Assembly (NCBI GenBank): GCA_019634975.1
Contig: JAHCAI010000012.1
Span: 7,004 to 71,003 of the forward strand
Length of the DNA: 64,000 nt
Origin: Burkholderiales bacterium
GTDB taxonomy: Bacteria > Pseudomonadota > Gammaproteobacteria > Burkholderiales > SG8-41
Reading direction: 5' to 3'
Part shown: positions 1 through 9,491 of the stretch, piece by piece
How positions within the stretch are numbered: position 1 is the first letter of the stretch
Layout of the letters: the number at the start of each line of letters is the position of its first letter
Position numbers and translations under genes: made by a program
Notes under the pieces: model-generated
Seen by the model: the letters and a program-made list of their open reading frames with translations, nothing else
Told to the model about the DNA's origin: nothing
Databases searched by the model: none

Positions 1-1174
1 CCAGCCGCAGCCAGCGCGCGGCCACGGCGATGGTCCAGCCCTGGAACAGCAGCGACACCAGCACGATGAAAAAGGCCACGTTGAAATAAAGCCGCGCGTG
101 TTCGGTACCGTAAATCAGCGGGAACAGGGCCAGCACGACCGGCACCGCGCCGCGCAATCCGACCCAGCTGACGAACAGCTGCTCCCGCCAGGGCAGGCGG
201 AAAGGCAGCAGCCCGACCATCACCGCGGCGGGACGCGCCACCAGCATCAGGAACGCGGCGATCGCCAACGCCGGGCCGGCGATGCCGATCAGGTCGCTCG
301 GCGTCGCCAGCAGCCCGAGAATCACGAACATCACGATCTGGCTGAGCCAGGCCATGCCATCGTGCACCCGCAGGATGTTGTGCGCCGACTGCAGCTTGGA
401 GTTGCCGAGTACCAGCCCTGCCATGAATATCGCGAGAAAACCGCTGCCGCCGAGCTGGGCCGTCGCGGCGAAGATGACCAGCCCGCCGGCCACGGCCAGT
501 AGCGGATAGAGGCCGCTGGCCAGCTTCAGGCGGTTGATCAGCCAGACCAGCAGGCGCCCTCCGCCCAGGCCCAGCACCGTGCCGATGCCGAACTGTTGCA
601 GCAGCGACAGCAGGACGGCGGCCTCGAATCCCGACTGGCCTGCGGCGAGCAGCCCGATGACGCTCACCGTCAGGAAAATGGCCATCGGATCGTTGCTGGC
701 AGATTCGATTTCCAGGGTCGCCGCCACGCGCTCCTTCAGCGACAGCCCCGCGTTTCGCAGCAGTGAGAACACCGCCGCCGCATCGGTCGAGCCGACGATG
801 GCGCCGACGAGCAGGCCCTGCAGCCAGTGCAGTTTCAGTATCCAGGCGGCAAACACGCCAACCAGCCCCGCGGTAATCACCACGCCCAGCGTGGCGAGGC
901 TCACCGCCGGCCACAAGGCCACGCGGAAGGTTTCGCGCCGCGTGCGCATTCCGCCGTCGAAAATGATCACGGCGAGCGCCAGCGTGCCGATCTTGTAGGC
1001 GGTCTCGACGTCGTCGAAACGGATGCCGCCCGGGCCCTCCTCGCCGGCGAGCATGCCCAGCAGCAGGAACACGAGCAGCAGCGGCGCGCCCAGCCTCGAG
1101 GAAAAATCGCTGGCAACGATGCTGATCAGCAGGATCAGCGCGCCGACGAGAATGGCGAGATTCCAGTATTCCAT
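1..1174 (-). CDS. nhaP2: K+/H+ (monovalent cation:proton) antiporter, NhaP2/CvrA family, partial (C-terminus beyond window start)
   Basis: Not in the ORF track because there is no stop inside the window. My translation of the minus strand from ATG 1174..1172 reads [81 protein letters not shown]... It is open to position 1, has multiple TM helices and resembles the CvrA/NhaP2 N-terminus. Confidence 0.8.
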   Translation of the reverse strand, partial: MEYWNLAILVGALILLISIVASDFSSRLGAPLLLVFLLLGMLAGEEGPGGIRFDDVETAYKIGTLALAVIIFDGGMRTRRETFRVALWPAVSLATLGVVITAGLVGVFAAWILKLHWLQGLLVGAIVGSTDAAAVFSLLRNAGLSLKERVAATLEIESASNDPMAIFLTVSVIGLLAAGQSGFEAAVLLSLLQQFGIGTVLGLGGGRLLVWLINRLKLASGLYPLLAVAGGLVIFAATAQLGGSGFLAIFMAGLVLGNSKLQSAHNILRVHDGMAWLSQIVMFVILGLLATPSDLIGIAGPALAIAAFLMLVARPAAVMVGLLPFRLPWREQLFVSWVGLRGAVPVVLALFPLIYGTEHARLYFNVAFFIVLVSLLFQGWTIAVAARWLRL

Positions 1175-1232
1175 CGCTGGAACATACCAGAATCAGTTTT
1201 GGAAATATCCCTGCGGACTGTGTCGCGCTTCT

Positions 1233-1541
1233 TCAGGCCCCGCGCCGCGGACCCCGCACACGCCGGATGCCGCGCAACTGGCTGACCAGCTGCCAGGCCA
1301 GCAGCCCGCGCTGCAGCCAGACCATGCTCAAGCGCGGCCGCAGCAGGGCGGCGACCACGCCCGCGCTGGCAATCAGCGCGGGATAGCGGCGGACATAGCG
1401 GAAAACCGCAATTCCGCGGTCGGCCAGGGCCAGGCGCGGCTTCCACTGCGCCATCTCCCGTGCGAGGACAAATCGCTGCGCGGCCGCCTGCGACACCAGC
1501 AGGCGCCGGCGCTCGGCGATGCGTTCAAGTTCAGCGTTCAT
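1233..1541 (-). CDS. YqjK-like small protein
   Basis: 102-aa ORF. Last gene of a three-gene yqjD-yqjE-yqjK-type operon. 4-nt overlap with the upstream gene (1538-1541). Confidence 0.55.
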   Translation of the reverse strand: MNAELERIAERRRLLVSQAAAQRFVLAREMAQWKPRLALADRGIAVFRYVRRYPALIASAGVVAALLRPRLSMVWLQRGLLAWQLVSQLRGIRRVRGPRRGA

Positions 1542-1927
1542 TGGTCCGACCGCAGATGCTCGCGGTCCTTCGCCAGTTCGGCAATGCTCGCCTCGAACAG
1601 CCGCGGCTTGCTGCGCAGCCGCTGCCGGGCAAGCCAGCCGATCCAGCTCCCCGCGGAGAGGAACAGCGCGGTCAGCGCGCCCAGTGCCGCGAGGCGATGG
1701 GTGTCCCAGAACAGCACCACCACCAGCAGCGTCAGCAGCAGCACCCCGACACCGAGACAGAACAGCGCCACCAGCGCGAGCAGCAGGATCGATCCCAGCC
1801 GCGCGCGCTCCTCGGCGATATCCGTCGACAGCAGCTCGAGGCGGTTCTGGAGGATGGCGGCAAGCGTCGCGCCCAGCGTCTTCAGCGACTCGAAAAGCCC
1901 GCCGCCCGCCGCCTGAGGTCCTGACAT
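1538..1927 (-). CDS. YqjE-like (DUF1469, phage-holin-superfamily) inner membrane protein
   Basis: 129 aa. Two long hydrophobic helices (ILLLALVALFCLGVGVLLLTLLVVVLFW, LAALGALTALFLSAGSWIGWL). Position between the DUF883 and YqjK-like genes. Confidence 0.6.
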   Translation of the reverse strand: MSGPQAAGGGLFESLKTLGATLAAILQNRLELLSTDIAEERARLGSILLLALVALFCLGVGVLLLTLLVVVLFWDTHRLAALGALTALFLSAGSWIGWLARQRLRSKPRLFEASIAELAKDREHLRSDQ

Positions 1928-1935
1928 CGCGGGAA

Positions 1936-2268
1936 TCAGCGCCGGCCGATCAGCATGCCCACCACCAGGCCGATGCCGGCGGCAATGCCCACCGCATGCC
2001 AGGGATGGTCATGCACGTAATCATCGGTCGCCCGCGCTGCGGCCTTGGTTTTCTGCAGCAGCTGCTCCTCGGCGTCGAGCATTTTCGCCTTGGCGACCTT
2101 CAGCGAGCCCTCGATGCGGCTGCGCGCGGCAGCCAGCGCCTCGCCGCCCTGTCCCGCCGACGCCTTCAGCAGCGCCTCGGCGTCCGCCACGACGACCTTG
2201 AAATCACGGATCAGCTTTTCCTTGGAAACTTCCGGAGCATTGGCGCCGGACATGTCATTCGCATTCAT
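1936..2268 (-). CDS. DUF883 (YqjD/ElaB/YgaM) membrane-anchored stress protein
   Basis: 110 aa. Helical N-part and the characteristic C-terminal tail HPWHAVGIAAGIGLVVGMLIGRR. Confidence 0.75.
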   Translation of the reverse strand: MNANDMSGANAPEVSKEKLIRDFKVVVADAEALLKASAGQGGEALAAARSRIEGSLKVAKAKMLDAEEQLLQKTKAAARATDDYVHDHPWHAVGIAAGIGLVVGMLIGRR

Positions 2269-2673
2269 GGCATTACCCTTTCTGATGATGTGTCGTTGGA
2301 TTCTTGAAGCTCGAAACCCCGGTCCCCGCGACCGCCCTACGCCCCGGAGCGGGCGATGGCGGCCCTGTTTGGATCATGATCCCGTCATCCCGCCCCGCGG
2401 TTGACCTGAATCAATATTGACAACCACGCGGGCGCCAAGTTCATGGGGCGGGCCGGTCGCCCGTTACCGGCGCATCAGGCATGAGTCACCAAGGATTCAA
2501 ATGCTGGAAATCCGGATACCGGAAAAGGCACAAAAGCAGTCAGGCGGCACCATCGTGGCCGGTTCCGGCGTCTTCAAGACAGGCGCCGGAAGCCATTTGT
2601 ACGGCAACCCCCTGACGCAATGGGGCGCAGATTGCAAGGCCGAACCCTCCCCGGTCGACAACGGGCGATGGCC

Positions 2674-4614
2674 TTATGAATCGACCCTGGGCGCCGATGC
2701 GGGAGCTGCGGCAGCAACGGGGTCGCGCGCACCCCTCCAGAAAATGACGGCCGGCACGGCAAGGGCGGTGAACGAAATCAGCGACACCCATATGCCGGGC
2801 AGCACGTTGATGACGCCGACCAGCACGAAATAGGCTCTCCAGCGCGTGTTGAGATCACGGAACAGGAACCCGGTAATTGCGGCTCCCAGCGCGACAAAAC
2901 CGGTGAACACGTTGAAAAATCCCCAGATCGAGTCACCGATGCTTATCGCGTCGGTCAGCAGCAGCCCGGGGTGAATCACGATGGCGAAGGGAATGATGAA
3001 TCCGGGCATCGCCATGCCGAAAGCCTTCCAGCCGGTGGCGCCGGCGGGTGCTTCGGCAATGGCCGCTGCCGCGTACGATGCCAGCGCGACCGGCGGCGTC
3101 ACCATCGACAGGATGGCGAAATAGAACAGGAAAAAATGCGCAACCAGCGGTTCAACGCCCAGCAATATGAGCGCCGGCGCGATCAGCACTGCCGCCATGA
3201 TATAGGCCGATGTGGTCGGCATGCCGCAGCCGAGTATCAGCGCGCCCAGTGCCGCAAGCACCAGCATCGCCGGCAGCCAGCCGCCGGACAGGAACACCAT
3301 CAAGGTCGTGAACTTGGTGCCCAGCCCCGAGTAGGCAATGACAGCCACCAGGATGCCCGCCACCGCGCAGGGCAGCGCGACATTGATCGTGCGTTCCGCA
3401 GCCGCCACCAGCGACTGCATCAGCTGCAGGGGGCCCGCGCGCGTGCTCCGGCGCGCCATGCCGCAGAACACGGACAGTATCGCCGCCTCCACTGCGGTCT
3501 GGTCCACCGGATATCCGGCGACCACCCGGTAGCACAGCCACAACAGCGGTATCAGCATGTGCCCGCGCTCGCGCAGCGTGGCACCCAGGCGCGGCAATGC
3601 GGACACATCGATCGAGCCCAGGCTGTCCTTGCGCGCCTGCAGGTGCACGACGATCAGCAATGCCGAATAAAAAAGTATCGACGGCAATATCGCCGCGATG
3701 ACAATCTGACTGTAAGGTGTCTGCAGCAGGTCGGCCATAACGAAAGCCGCCGCCCCCATGACCGGCGGCACCAGCTGACCGCCGGTGGACGCCACCGCCT
3801 CGGCGCTTGCTGCAAAGCGCGGGTCATAACCGACGCGCCTCATCAGCGGAATCGTGAAAATGCCGGTGCTCATCACGTTGGCGACGGCGCTGCCGGAGAC
3901 GCTGCCCATCATGCCGGAGGCGATGACCGCCGCCTTCGCCGGCCCGCCGACGCGGCGACCCGTAATGCTCATCGCGAGATCAATGATCATGCGTCCGCCG
4001 CCGAAAACATCGTAAACCGCGGCAAACAGGATGAAATAAAACACCACCTCCGTTGACACGCCGGTGGGCACGCCGAACAGGCCCTGGAGGGTCAGGAACT
4101 GGATGTCGACGAACTGGTCGAACCCGCCGAAGCGGTGACCCATCGCACCCGGGATGTACGGCCCGGCAAAATGATAGGCGACGAACAGGGCCGCCAGCAG
4201 CGTGATGCCCAGCCCCAGCGTGCGGCGCGAGGCCTCGGCGACCAGTATCAGCAGGCAGACACCGAAAACATAGTCGGCGGGAACCAGCGGATCGAGACCC
4301 GAAATGCGCCCGTTCATGATGCGCTCGACGGAGAGCGCGATATAGACTGCCGGCGCGAGGGCCAGCAGAGCCATCACGTAGTTCAGCGCCCTTGTAATGG
4401 ACGTCCTGAACCGGTCATGCGTAAGCAGCAGCGCCAGCGCAACGCCGAATGAAACATGTCCGGCACGCTGGATGATGGTCGAAATGGTGGGCCAGATGAA
4501 AAGCGCGATCTGGAAAGCGCTCCACGCCAGTGCAAGAAGTGGCGCCGGCGCGAGCAAATCGCGCCAGCGCCCCCCGGCCGGGCCGGAGACTCCGTCAGTG
4601 TCGACCATGTTCAA
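2674..4614 (-). CDS. TRAP transporter fused permease (4TM/12TM fusion, TAXI-type system)
   Basis: 646-aa polytopic membrane ORF directly downstream of a TAXI solute receptor gene. The long hydrophobic protein is typical of the fused DctQM-like permease. Confidence 0.85.
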   Translation of the reverse strand: MNMVDTDGVSGPAGGRWRDLLAPAPLLALAWSAFQIALFIWPTISTIIQRAGHVSFGVALALLLTHDRFRTSITRALNYVMALLALAPAVYIALSVERIMNGRISGLDPLVPADYVFGVCLLILVAEASRRTLGLGITLLAALFVAYHFAGPYIPGAMGHRFGGFDQFVDIQFLTLQGLFGVPTGVSTEVVFYFILFAAVYDVFGGGRMIIDLAMSITGRRVGGPAKAAVIASGMMGSVSGSAVANVMSTGIFTIPLMRRVGYDPRFAASAEAVASTGGQLVPPVMGAAAFVMADLLQTPYSQIVIAAILPSILFYSALLIVVHLQARKDSLGSIDVSALPRLGATLRERGHMLIPLLWLCYRVVAGYPVDQTAVEAAILSVFCGMARRSTRAGPLQLMQSLVAAAERTINVALPCAVAGILVAVIAYSGLGTKFTTLMVFLSGGWLPAMLVLAALGALILGCGMPTTSAYIMAAVLIAPALILLGVEPLVAHFFLFYFAILSMVTPPVALASYAAAAIAEAPAGATGWKAFGMAMPGFIIPFAIVIHPGLLLTDAISIGDSIWGFFNVFTGFVALGAAITGFLFRDLNTRWRAYFVLVGVINVLPGIWVSLISFTALAVPAVIFWRGARDPVAAAAPASAPRVDS

Positions 4615-4649
4615 ATCAACTGCGCATCAGCTGCGCCGCGGCAAACACG

Positions 4650-5651
4650 TCATTTCACCCAACCGCGCTCTTTGTAATAACGCGCGGCACCGGCGTGCAG
4701 CGGCAAACCGTTGGCTTCTTCCTTCCACGCGCCGTTGGCACAGTCGAATTTCGCCAGTGCCTTGTGCGCGGCGCGCAGCTGGTCGGTTTTCTCGCAGATC
4801 GTTTTCACGATCATGTAGGCCATGTCGTCGCTCATCCGGGTGCTCGCGAACAACGTGGTATGGGTAGAGGGCAGGCGTATGTCCTGGGTCTGCTTCGGGA
4901 AAGTGCCCTTGGGCATGGTGGCGACCGTCCAGCCGTATTTCTTGGACATTTCCTCGAGCGCGGACTGCGGCGGCTGCAGGAAACTCACCGGCGTGTTCTG
5001 TGCAATCTCGGTCACGGTGGGGTGGCCCGGGTTCAGCACGTGAATGAAGAGGTCGACGTTGCGCCCCGCGAACAGGCTCTTGACCGCGGCGAATGACGCA
5101 TATTCGTTGTTGCCGCCACGCGCCTTGAGGGCATCCTCTCCGGAATTCATGATCCCCAGAAGCTGCGCCGCACCCACCGGGCCGACACCACCGCGCGGCA
5201 GGGTCACCACACGCGCTTTCGGACGGTCCTTGTGCAGGAACTTGTCCATGTCGGGACCGGCTTCGCCGCTGGCGACGGGCACCAGGTAGTACTGGTCCCA
5301 TCCGCCCACCAGCGCGCGCAGATCCGGCAGGGGCTTGTCGTAGGAAACCGACCCCTTCTGCGCCCAGTTGTTGACCAGCGCCATGCCGAAACCGAGGTCG
5401 GCCTTGCCGACGCTCACCAGCCGCGGGTTGCCCACGGATCCGGCAATCGGCGGCGTATCGACCTTCGATCCCGGCGGCAGCGCCTGGCGCAGCGTCTCCC
5501 CGAGGTTGACCGCATAGACATACCAGCCCGAACCCTGGCCGAAGGACGCGATGGTGAGGCTGACCGGTTGCTGCGCCTGTACGCCGGCGGCAACGGAGAA
5601 TGCAGCCACTGCGGCGCAGGTTCTTGCAAGCTTGCTGAAATCAGGTTTCAT
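4650..5651 (-). CDS. TAXI-family TRAP transporter solute receptor
   Basis: 333 aa. Signal peptide MKPDFSKLARTCAAVAAFSVAAGVQAQQ. C-terminal PLHAGAARYYKERGW motif typical of TAXI receptors. SD GGAGAG upstream. Confidence 0.85.
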   Translation of the reverse strand: MKPDFSKLARTCAAVAAFSVAAGVQAQQPVSLTIASFGQGSGWYVYAVNLGETLRQALPPGSKVDTPPIAGSVGNPRLVSVGKADLGFGMALVNNWAQKGSVSYDKPLPDLRALVGGWDQYYLVPVASGEAGPDMDKFLHKDRPKARVVTLPRGGVGPVGAAQLLGIMNSGEDALKARGGNNEYASFAAVKSLFAGRNVDLFIHVLNPGHPTVTEIAQNTPVSFLQPPQSALEEMSKKYGWTVATMPKGTFPKQTQDIRLPSTHTTLFASTRMSDDMAYMIVKTICEKTDQLRAAHKALAKFDCANGAWKEEANGLPLHAGAARYYKERGWVK

Positions 5652-5709
5652 TTCGGCTCTCTCCTGTGGGTAGGTTCAAAAAGACAAGTAATGTTCAATC
5701 GTGGTGCGC

Positions 5710-7110
5710 TCAATCGTCGATCATCGCCTGCAGGGCCGACGGCTCGAGTGGCAGCAGCACGCGATCCAGGTCAACCGCATCTTCCCCGGGAATGCGCACC
5801 CGGGTAAAGCGATGTTCTTCATAACTTAGCGGACGGGTCGCGTCAAATCCGAGCTTGGCGCTTACCCCATTGCTTGTCGAAGGGTCCAGTATCGATCCCA
5901 GCGCGCCGTCAATCCTCACCAGGTCGCGGTCGGCCTGAAACCGGGTCGCCACCGCCCATTCGACCTGCACCGGATCATGCACATCCACATCATCGTCAAC
6001 CACCACGACATGCTTGATGTCGTAGTGCGCGCCGAAAGCCGCGCAGATGACGTTCTTTGCCTGGCCTTCGTTGCGCTTGCGGATCTGCACGTACAGATGA
6101 TAACGGCACACACCACCGGTCGAGAGGTGCACGTCCAGCACATCGGTGAAGCTGCGCCTGAGATGGGCCAGGATAGTCGCCTCCCGCGGAATGGCGCCCA
6201 GCAGCAGGTGCTCCATTTCCGCCGGAACTATGGTGTGGTACAGCGGGTTGCGCCGGTGCGTCACGCAGTCGATCTCGATGACTTCGCGCCGGTCACGCGG
6301 GCTGTAATACTTGGGAAACTCGCCGAACGGCCCTTCGGGTTCCCGCACGCCCTTGAGTATCCGCCCCTCGATCACGATTTCGGCATTTGCGGGCACGCGC
6401 ACCTCGCTGGTCAGGCACTTCGCGACATCCAGCGGGGCGCCGTGCAGCGCGCCGGCGATTTCCAGCTCGTCGTGATCCACCGGCACCACGGCCTGGGATG
6501 CCAGCAGCGTCAGCGGGTCAACGCCGATCACCACGGCGACCGGCAGCGCCTCGCCGCGCTCCTCGGCCATCTGCACATAAGCATGCAGATGCCTCGGCAA
6601 TATCAGCATGGCCATGCGTCCCGGAGAGTCGATCTGGATGCGGTTGATCGAAACGTTCTGCTTGCCGGTCACCGGATTGCGCGCAATCACCAGGCCGGCC
6701 GTGATGTACGGCGCACTGTCGTGCTCGGAATGTTTCGGGACCGGCAGCAGTGTGCGGATGTCGACGTCATCGTGACGCACCTGCTGCGCGACGGCGCCGG
6801 TCACTTCGCGGCAGGGCAGCGGATTTTCCGCAGCGTGCAGGAAACGCGCCAGCATCTGCGACGGCGAGGCACCCATGGCCTCGGCAATCCAGGCACGGGA
6901 CGACACCAGGCCGGACACGACCGGCATCGCATGTCCGCCGGGACCGGGAAAAATCACGGCCTTCTTGCCGTCGAGGCGCTTGGCTATCGCGGCCAGCTCG
7001 TGTTCCAGCGACACGCCGGGGCGTGTGCTCGCCAGGCGGCCGGTCTCGTGCAGGCGGCGCAGCCAGCCGCGCAGCGTGGTCCGGGGCAGCAGGATGTCGG
7101 ATTTGGTCAT
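5710..7110 (-). CDS. UbiD-family (prFMN-dependent) aromatic/heteroaromatic acid decarboxylase, HmfF-like
   Basis: Track ORF is 5710..7341. I chose ATG 7110 (MTKSDILLPRTTLRGWLRRLHETGRL...) because the upstream part overlaps the preceding gene. UbiD-type sequence throughout (ITAGLVIARNP, EGPFGEFPKYY). Confidence 0.85.
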   Translation of the reverse strand: MTKSDILLPRTTLRGWLRRLHETGRLASTRPGVSLEHELAAIAKRLDGKKAVIFPGPGGHAMPVVSGLVSSRAWIAEAMGASPSQMLARFLHAAENPLPCREVTGAVAQQVRHDDVDIRTLLPVPKHSEHDSAPYITAGLVIARNPVTGKQNVSINRIQIDSPGRMAMLILPRHLHAYVQMAEERGEALPVAVVIGVDPLTLLASQAVVPVDHDELEIAGALHGAPLDVAKCLTSEVRVPANAEIVIEGRILKGVREPEGPFGEFPKYYSPRDRREVIEIDCVTHRRNPLYHTIVPAEMEHLLLGAIPREATILAHLRRSFTDVLDVHLSTGGVCRYHLYVQIRKRNEGQAKNVICAAFGAHYDIKHVVVVDDDVDVHDPVQVEWAVATRFQADRDLVRIDGALGSILDPSTSNGVSAKLGFDATRPLSYEEHRFTRVRIPGEDAVDLDRVLLPLEPSALQAMIDD

Positions 7111-7135
7111 GGCTTCTTCGCCGCTCCTGGCCCGG

Positions 7136-7942
7136 TCAGTCGCCCTTGAACTGCGGCGCCCGCTTGCCGTGAAAAGCCTCCACGCCTTCGCGGAAATCGT
7201 TGGATGTGCGCAGCCTCGAGTAACAATGCCCTTCGAGCTCGATCGCCACTGACAGCGTGGCATCCTCGGTGTCGTTGAGCAGCTTTTTCGCCGTGCGCTG
7301 GGCAATCGGGGAGAAACCGCGCAGTTCGGCAACCAGGGCATCGGTTGCCTTTTCCAGTTCCGCGTCCGGAACGCAGTCCACGACGATGCCCCATTCGCGG
7401 GCCTCGCTGCCGCTGATGCGGCGCGAACGCATCACCACGTCCTTGGTGCGCGCAATGCCGATCATCTTCTGCAGCCGCGCCGAGCCGCCGGATCCGGGAA
7501 TCTGCCCGAGCTTCTGCTCCGGCAGCGCGTACCTGCAGGTTTCCGACGCAATCCGGAAATCGCAGGCCAGGGAAATCTCGAAACCGACGCCGAAACAGAA
7601 ACCGCGATTGGCCGCAATCACCGGCTTCGAACAGCGGGCCGGCGCCGCGATGTTCCAGGCCAGTTTCGAGACGTGCTCGGGGCTGGCCTCGAGAAACCCC
7701 CTGATGTCCCCGCCCGAGGAAAAATGCTCGCCGACGGCACGCAACACGATCACCCGCACCCGCGGATCCTCGTCGAGCGCCTCGAACACCAGGCGCAGCT
7801 GGTCGCGCTGCGGCATGCGTATGACATTGAGCGGCGGACGGTCGAGCACGATGTCGGCGCGCTCGTTCCCGGGGTCGATGTCGACGCGGAACCCGTCGAG
7901 ATTCTCGAGCAGGGTTTGCGCAGGATGGGCAATCGGGGGCAT
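7136..7942 (-). CDS. enoyl-CoA hydratase/isomerase (crotonase) superfamily protein, HmfE-like candidate CoA-ester hydrolase/hydratase
   Basis: Start taken at ATG 7942 (MPPIAHPAQTLLENLDGFRV...) with SD GGAGAG upstream. Crotonase motifs (FSSGGDI, CFGVGFEISLACDFRIA). Confidence 0.8.
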   Translation of the reverse strand: MPPIAHPAQTLLENLDGFRVDIDPGNERADIVLDRPPLNVIRMPQRDQLRLVFEALDEDPRVRVIVLRAVGEHFSSGGDIRGFLEASPEHVSKLAWNIAAPARCSKPVIAANRGFCFGVGFEISLACDFRIASETCRYALPEQKLGQIPGSGGSARLQKMIGIARTKDVVMRSRRISGSEAREWGIVVDCVPDAELEKATDALVAELRGFSPIAQRTAKKLLNDTEDATLSVAIELEGHCYSRLRTSNDFREGVEAFHGKRAPQFKGD

Positions 7943-7958
7943 GGCAGAACTCTCCTGT

Positions 7959-9491
7959 TCAGGATTTGCTGTATTCACCGGCCACGAGCTTCCGCCTGAG
8001 GATTTTCCCGACCGGTGATTTTGGAATTTCGCGCACGAATACATACTCGCGCGGACGCTTGAAACTCATCAATCCCGATCCGCGCGCAAACTCGTCGAGC
8101 GCCTGCGGATCAAGCTGCGATCCGGCCTTGATGAAGGCTACCACACGCTGGCCCCAGCGCTCGTCGGGGAGGCCGGCAACCGCGACCTCCTCCACCGCCG
8201 GGTGCAATGACAGAACCGACTCCACCTCGACCGGCGATATGTTCTCGCCACCGGAGATGATCATGTCATCGACGCGCCCGGTGACGAAGAGATCCCCGTC
8301 CTCGTCGAAGTAGCCGGTGTCGCCGGTGTAATACCAGCCCTGCCGCAATGCCCTGGCGTCGGCATCCGGACGCTGCCAGTAGCCCTCGAAGGCCTCGTCG
8401 CTCGACAGGTCGGCGATGATCTGCCCTTCTTCGCGGACCGCAGCCCGGTCTTCCGGCGAGCTTTGCCGTTCCCCGGCGTCGAGCCTGACCACGCGTATGC
8501 GCGCATTCAGGCCGGCCCGCCCTGCACTGCCCGGCTTCCTCGCGGCATCCGGCATGATGGTGAAAGTGTAAATTTCCGAGGAGCCGTAATGATTGACAAA
8601 AAGCTGCGGCTTGCAGGTCGTTTCCAGCCGCCTGAGCAGCGCCTCCGGCATCGGCGCGCCGGCGAATCCGAACCGGGTCACCGTGGCCAGGCGCCGCGCT
8701 TCAAAACCGGCATGACCCAGCAGGTCGTGGTACAGCGTCGGCACCAGGTAGAGATGGGACACCCGCTCGCGCTCGATCAGCTTCAGGCACTCCCCGGCAT
8801 CAAATCGCGGCACGCATACAAAGGCGCCGTCGACCAGCGCCATCGCCAGCAGCGAGCGCACCCCCATGGTGTGGTACATGGGCATCACGCCGAGGGCGAC
8901 CTCGCCGGGACGGTAGATGTTCTGTGCGACATGTGCGAGCGCGGCGGCGCGTTCGGCGCGATGGCGGCGCGGCACGCCCTTGGGCCTGCCGGTGGTGCCC
9001 GAGGTGTACAGCAGCACGGACAGGTCATCGGCCGAGGCCGCGGGATGCAACGGCGGCGCCTTGACGGAACAAAGATCGGCAAAGGCGACCGTGCCGCCCG
9101 TCGCGCCGCCAACCGCGATGCGCGGGATGCGCCCGCAGAAAGCGGAGCCGGCCACCGCTGCGGCGCCGGCCGGATCAAATGCCACGGCAACGGCGCCGGC
9201 ATCGGCAGCGCAGTAATCCACTTCCTCCGGCTTGGCCCGCCAGTTGAACGGCGCGACCACCACCCCGAGAAACTGGCAGGCCCAGTGCAGGGTGGCCATT
9301 TCATGGCGGTTCTGCAGGATCACCAGCAGGCGGTCGCCGCGGCGCACCCCGATCCGACGCAGGCCGGTCGCGACCGATGAGATCTGCGCGAACCATTGCG
9401 CATAGGTCAGGCGCGTCGGACCCTCGACCAGCGCCAGCGCATGCGGACTGCGTTCGACGCTTTGCAGGAACGTGGATCCCAAGTCAAGCAT
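7959..9491 (-). CDS. AMP-forming acyl/aryl-CoA ligase (HmfD-like candidate furoyl-CoA synthetase)
   Basis: Adenylate-forming motifs LLYTSGTTGRPKGV, YTGDTGYFDEDGDLFVTGRVDDMIISGGENI, GKILRRKL. Start ATG 9491 overlaps the stop of the upstream 2Fe-2S gene (ATGCTTGA). Confidence 0.85.
   Translation of the reverse strand: MLDLGSTFLQSVERSPHALALVEGPTRLTYAQWFAQISSVATGLRRIGVRRGDRLLVILQNRHEMATLHWACQFLGVVVAPFNWRAKPEEVDYCAADAGAVAVAFDPAGAAAVAGSAFCGRIPRIAVGGATGGTVAFADLCSVKAPPLHPAASADDLSVLLYTSGTTGRPKGVPRRHRAERAAALAHVAQNIYRPGEVALGVMPMYHTMGVRSLLAMALVDGAFVCVPRFDAGECLKLIERERVSHLYLVPTLYHDLLGHAGFEARRLATVTRFGFAGAPMPEALLRRLETTCKPQLFVNHYGSSEIYTFTIMPDAARKPGSAGRAGLNARIRVVRLDAGERQSSPEDRAAVREEGQIIADLSSDEAFEGYWQRPDADARALRQGWYYTGDTGYFDEDGDLFVTGRVDDMIISGGENISPVEVESVLSLHPAVEEVAVAGLPDERWGQRVVAFIKAGSQLDPQALDEFARGSGLMSFKRPREYVFVREIPKSPVGKILRRKLVAGEYSKS

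Noticed and set aside
2601-2623. Sigma-54 promoter reading of CGGCAA-N-CGCAA in the shared 21-mer (also 38404-38424)
   Set aside because: The GG to GC distance is 13 and 14 nt instead of the strict 12 of TGGCAC-N5-TTGC. The two copies also differ in spacing.
5710-7341. 5-prime extensions of several track ORFs taken at face value (5710-7341, 7136-8044, 7959-9548, 9987-11075, 10799-13882, 31634-34078, 23077-24114, 23643-25454, 26135-27076, 62160-63113)
   Set aside because: The extensions overlap the preceding gene, are Arg/Pro-rich, and internal ATG/GTG codons with SD sequences or stop-start overlaps give proteins with canonical N-termini.
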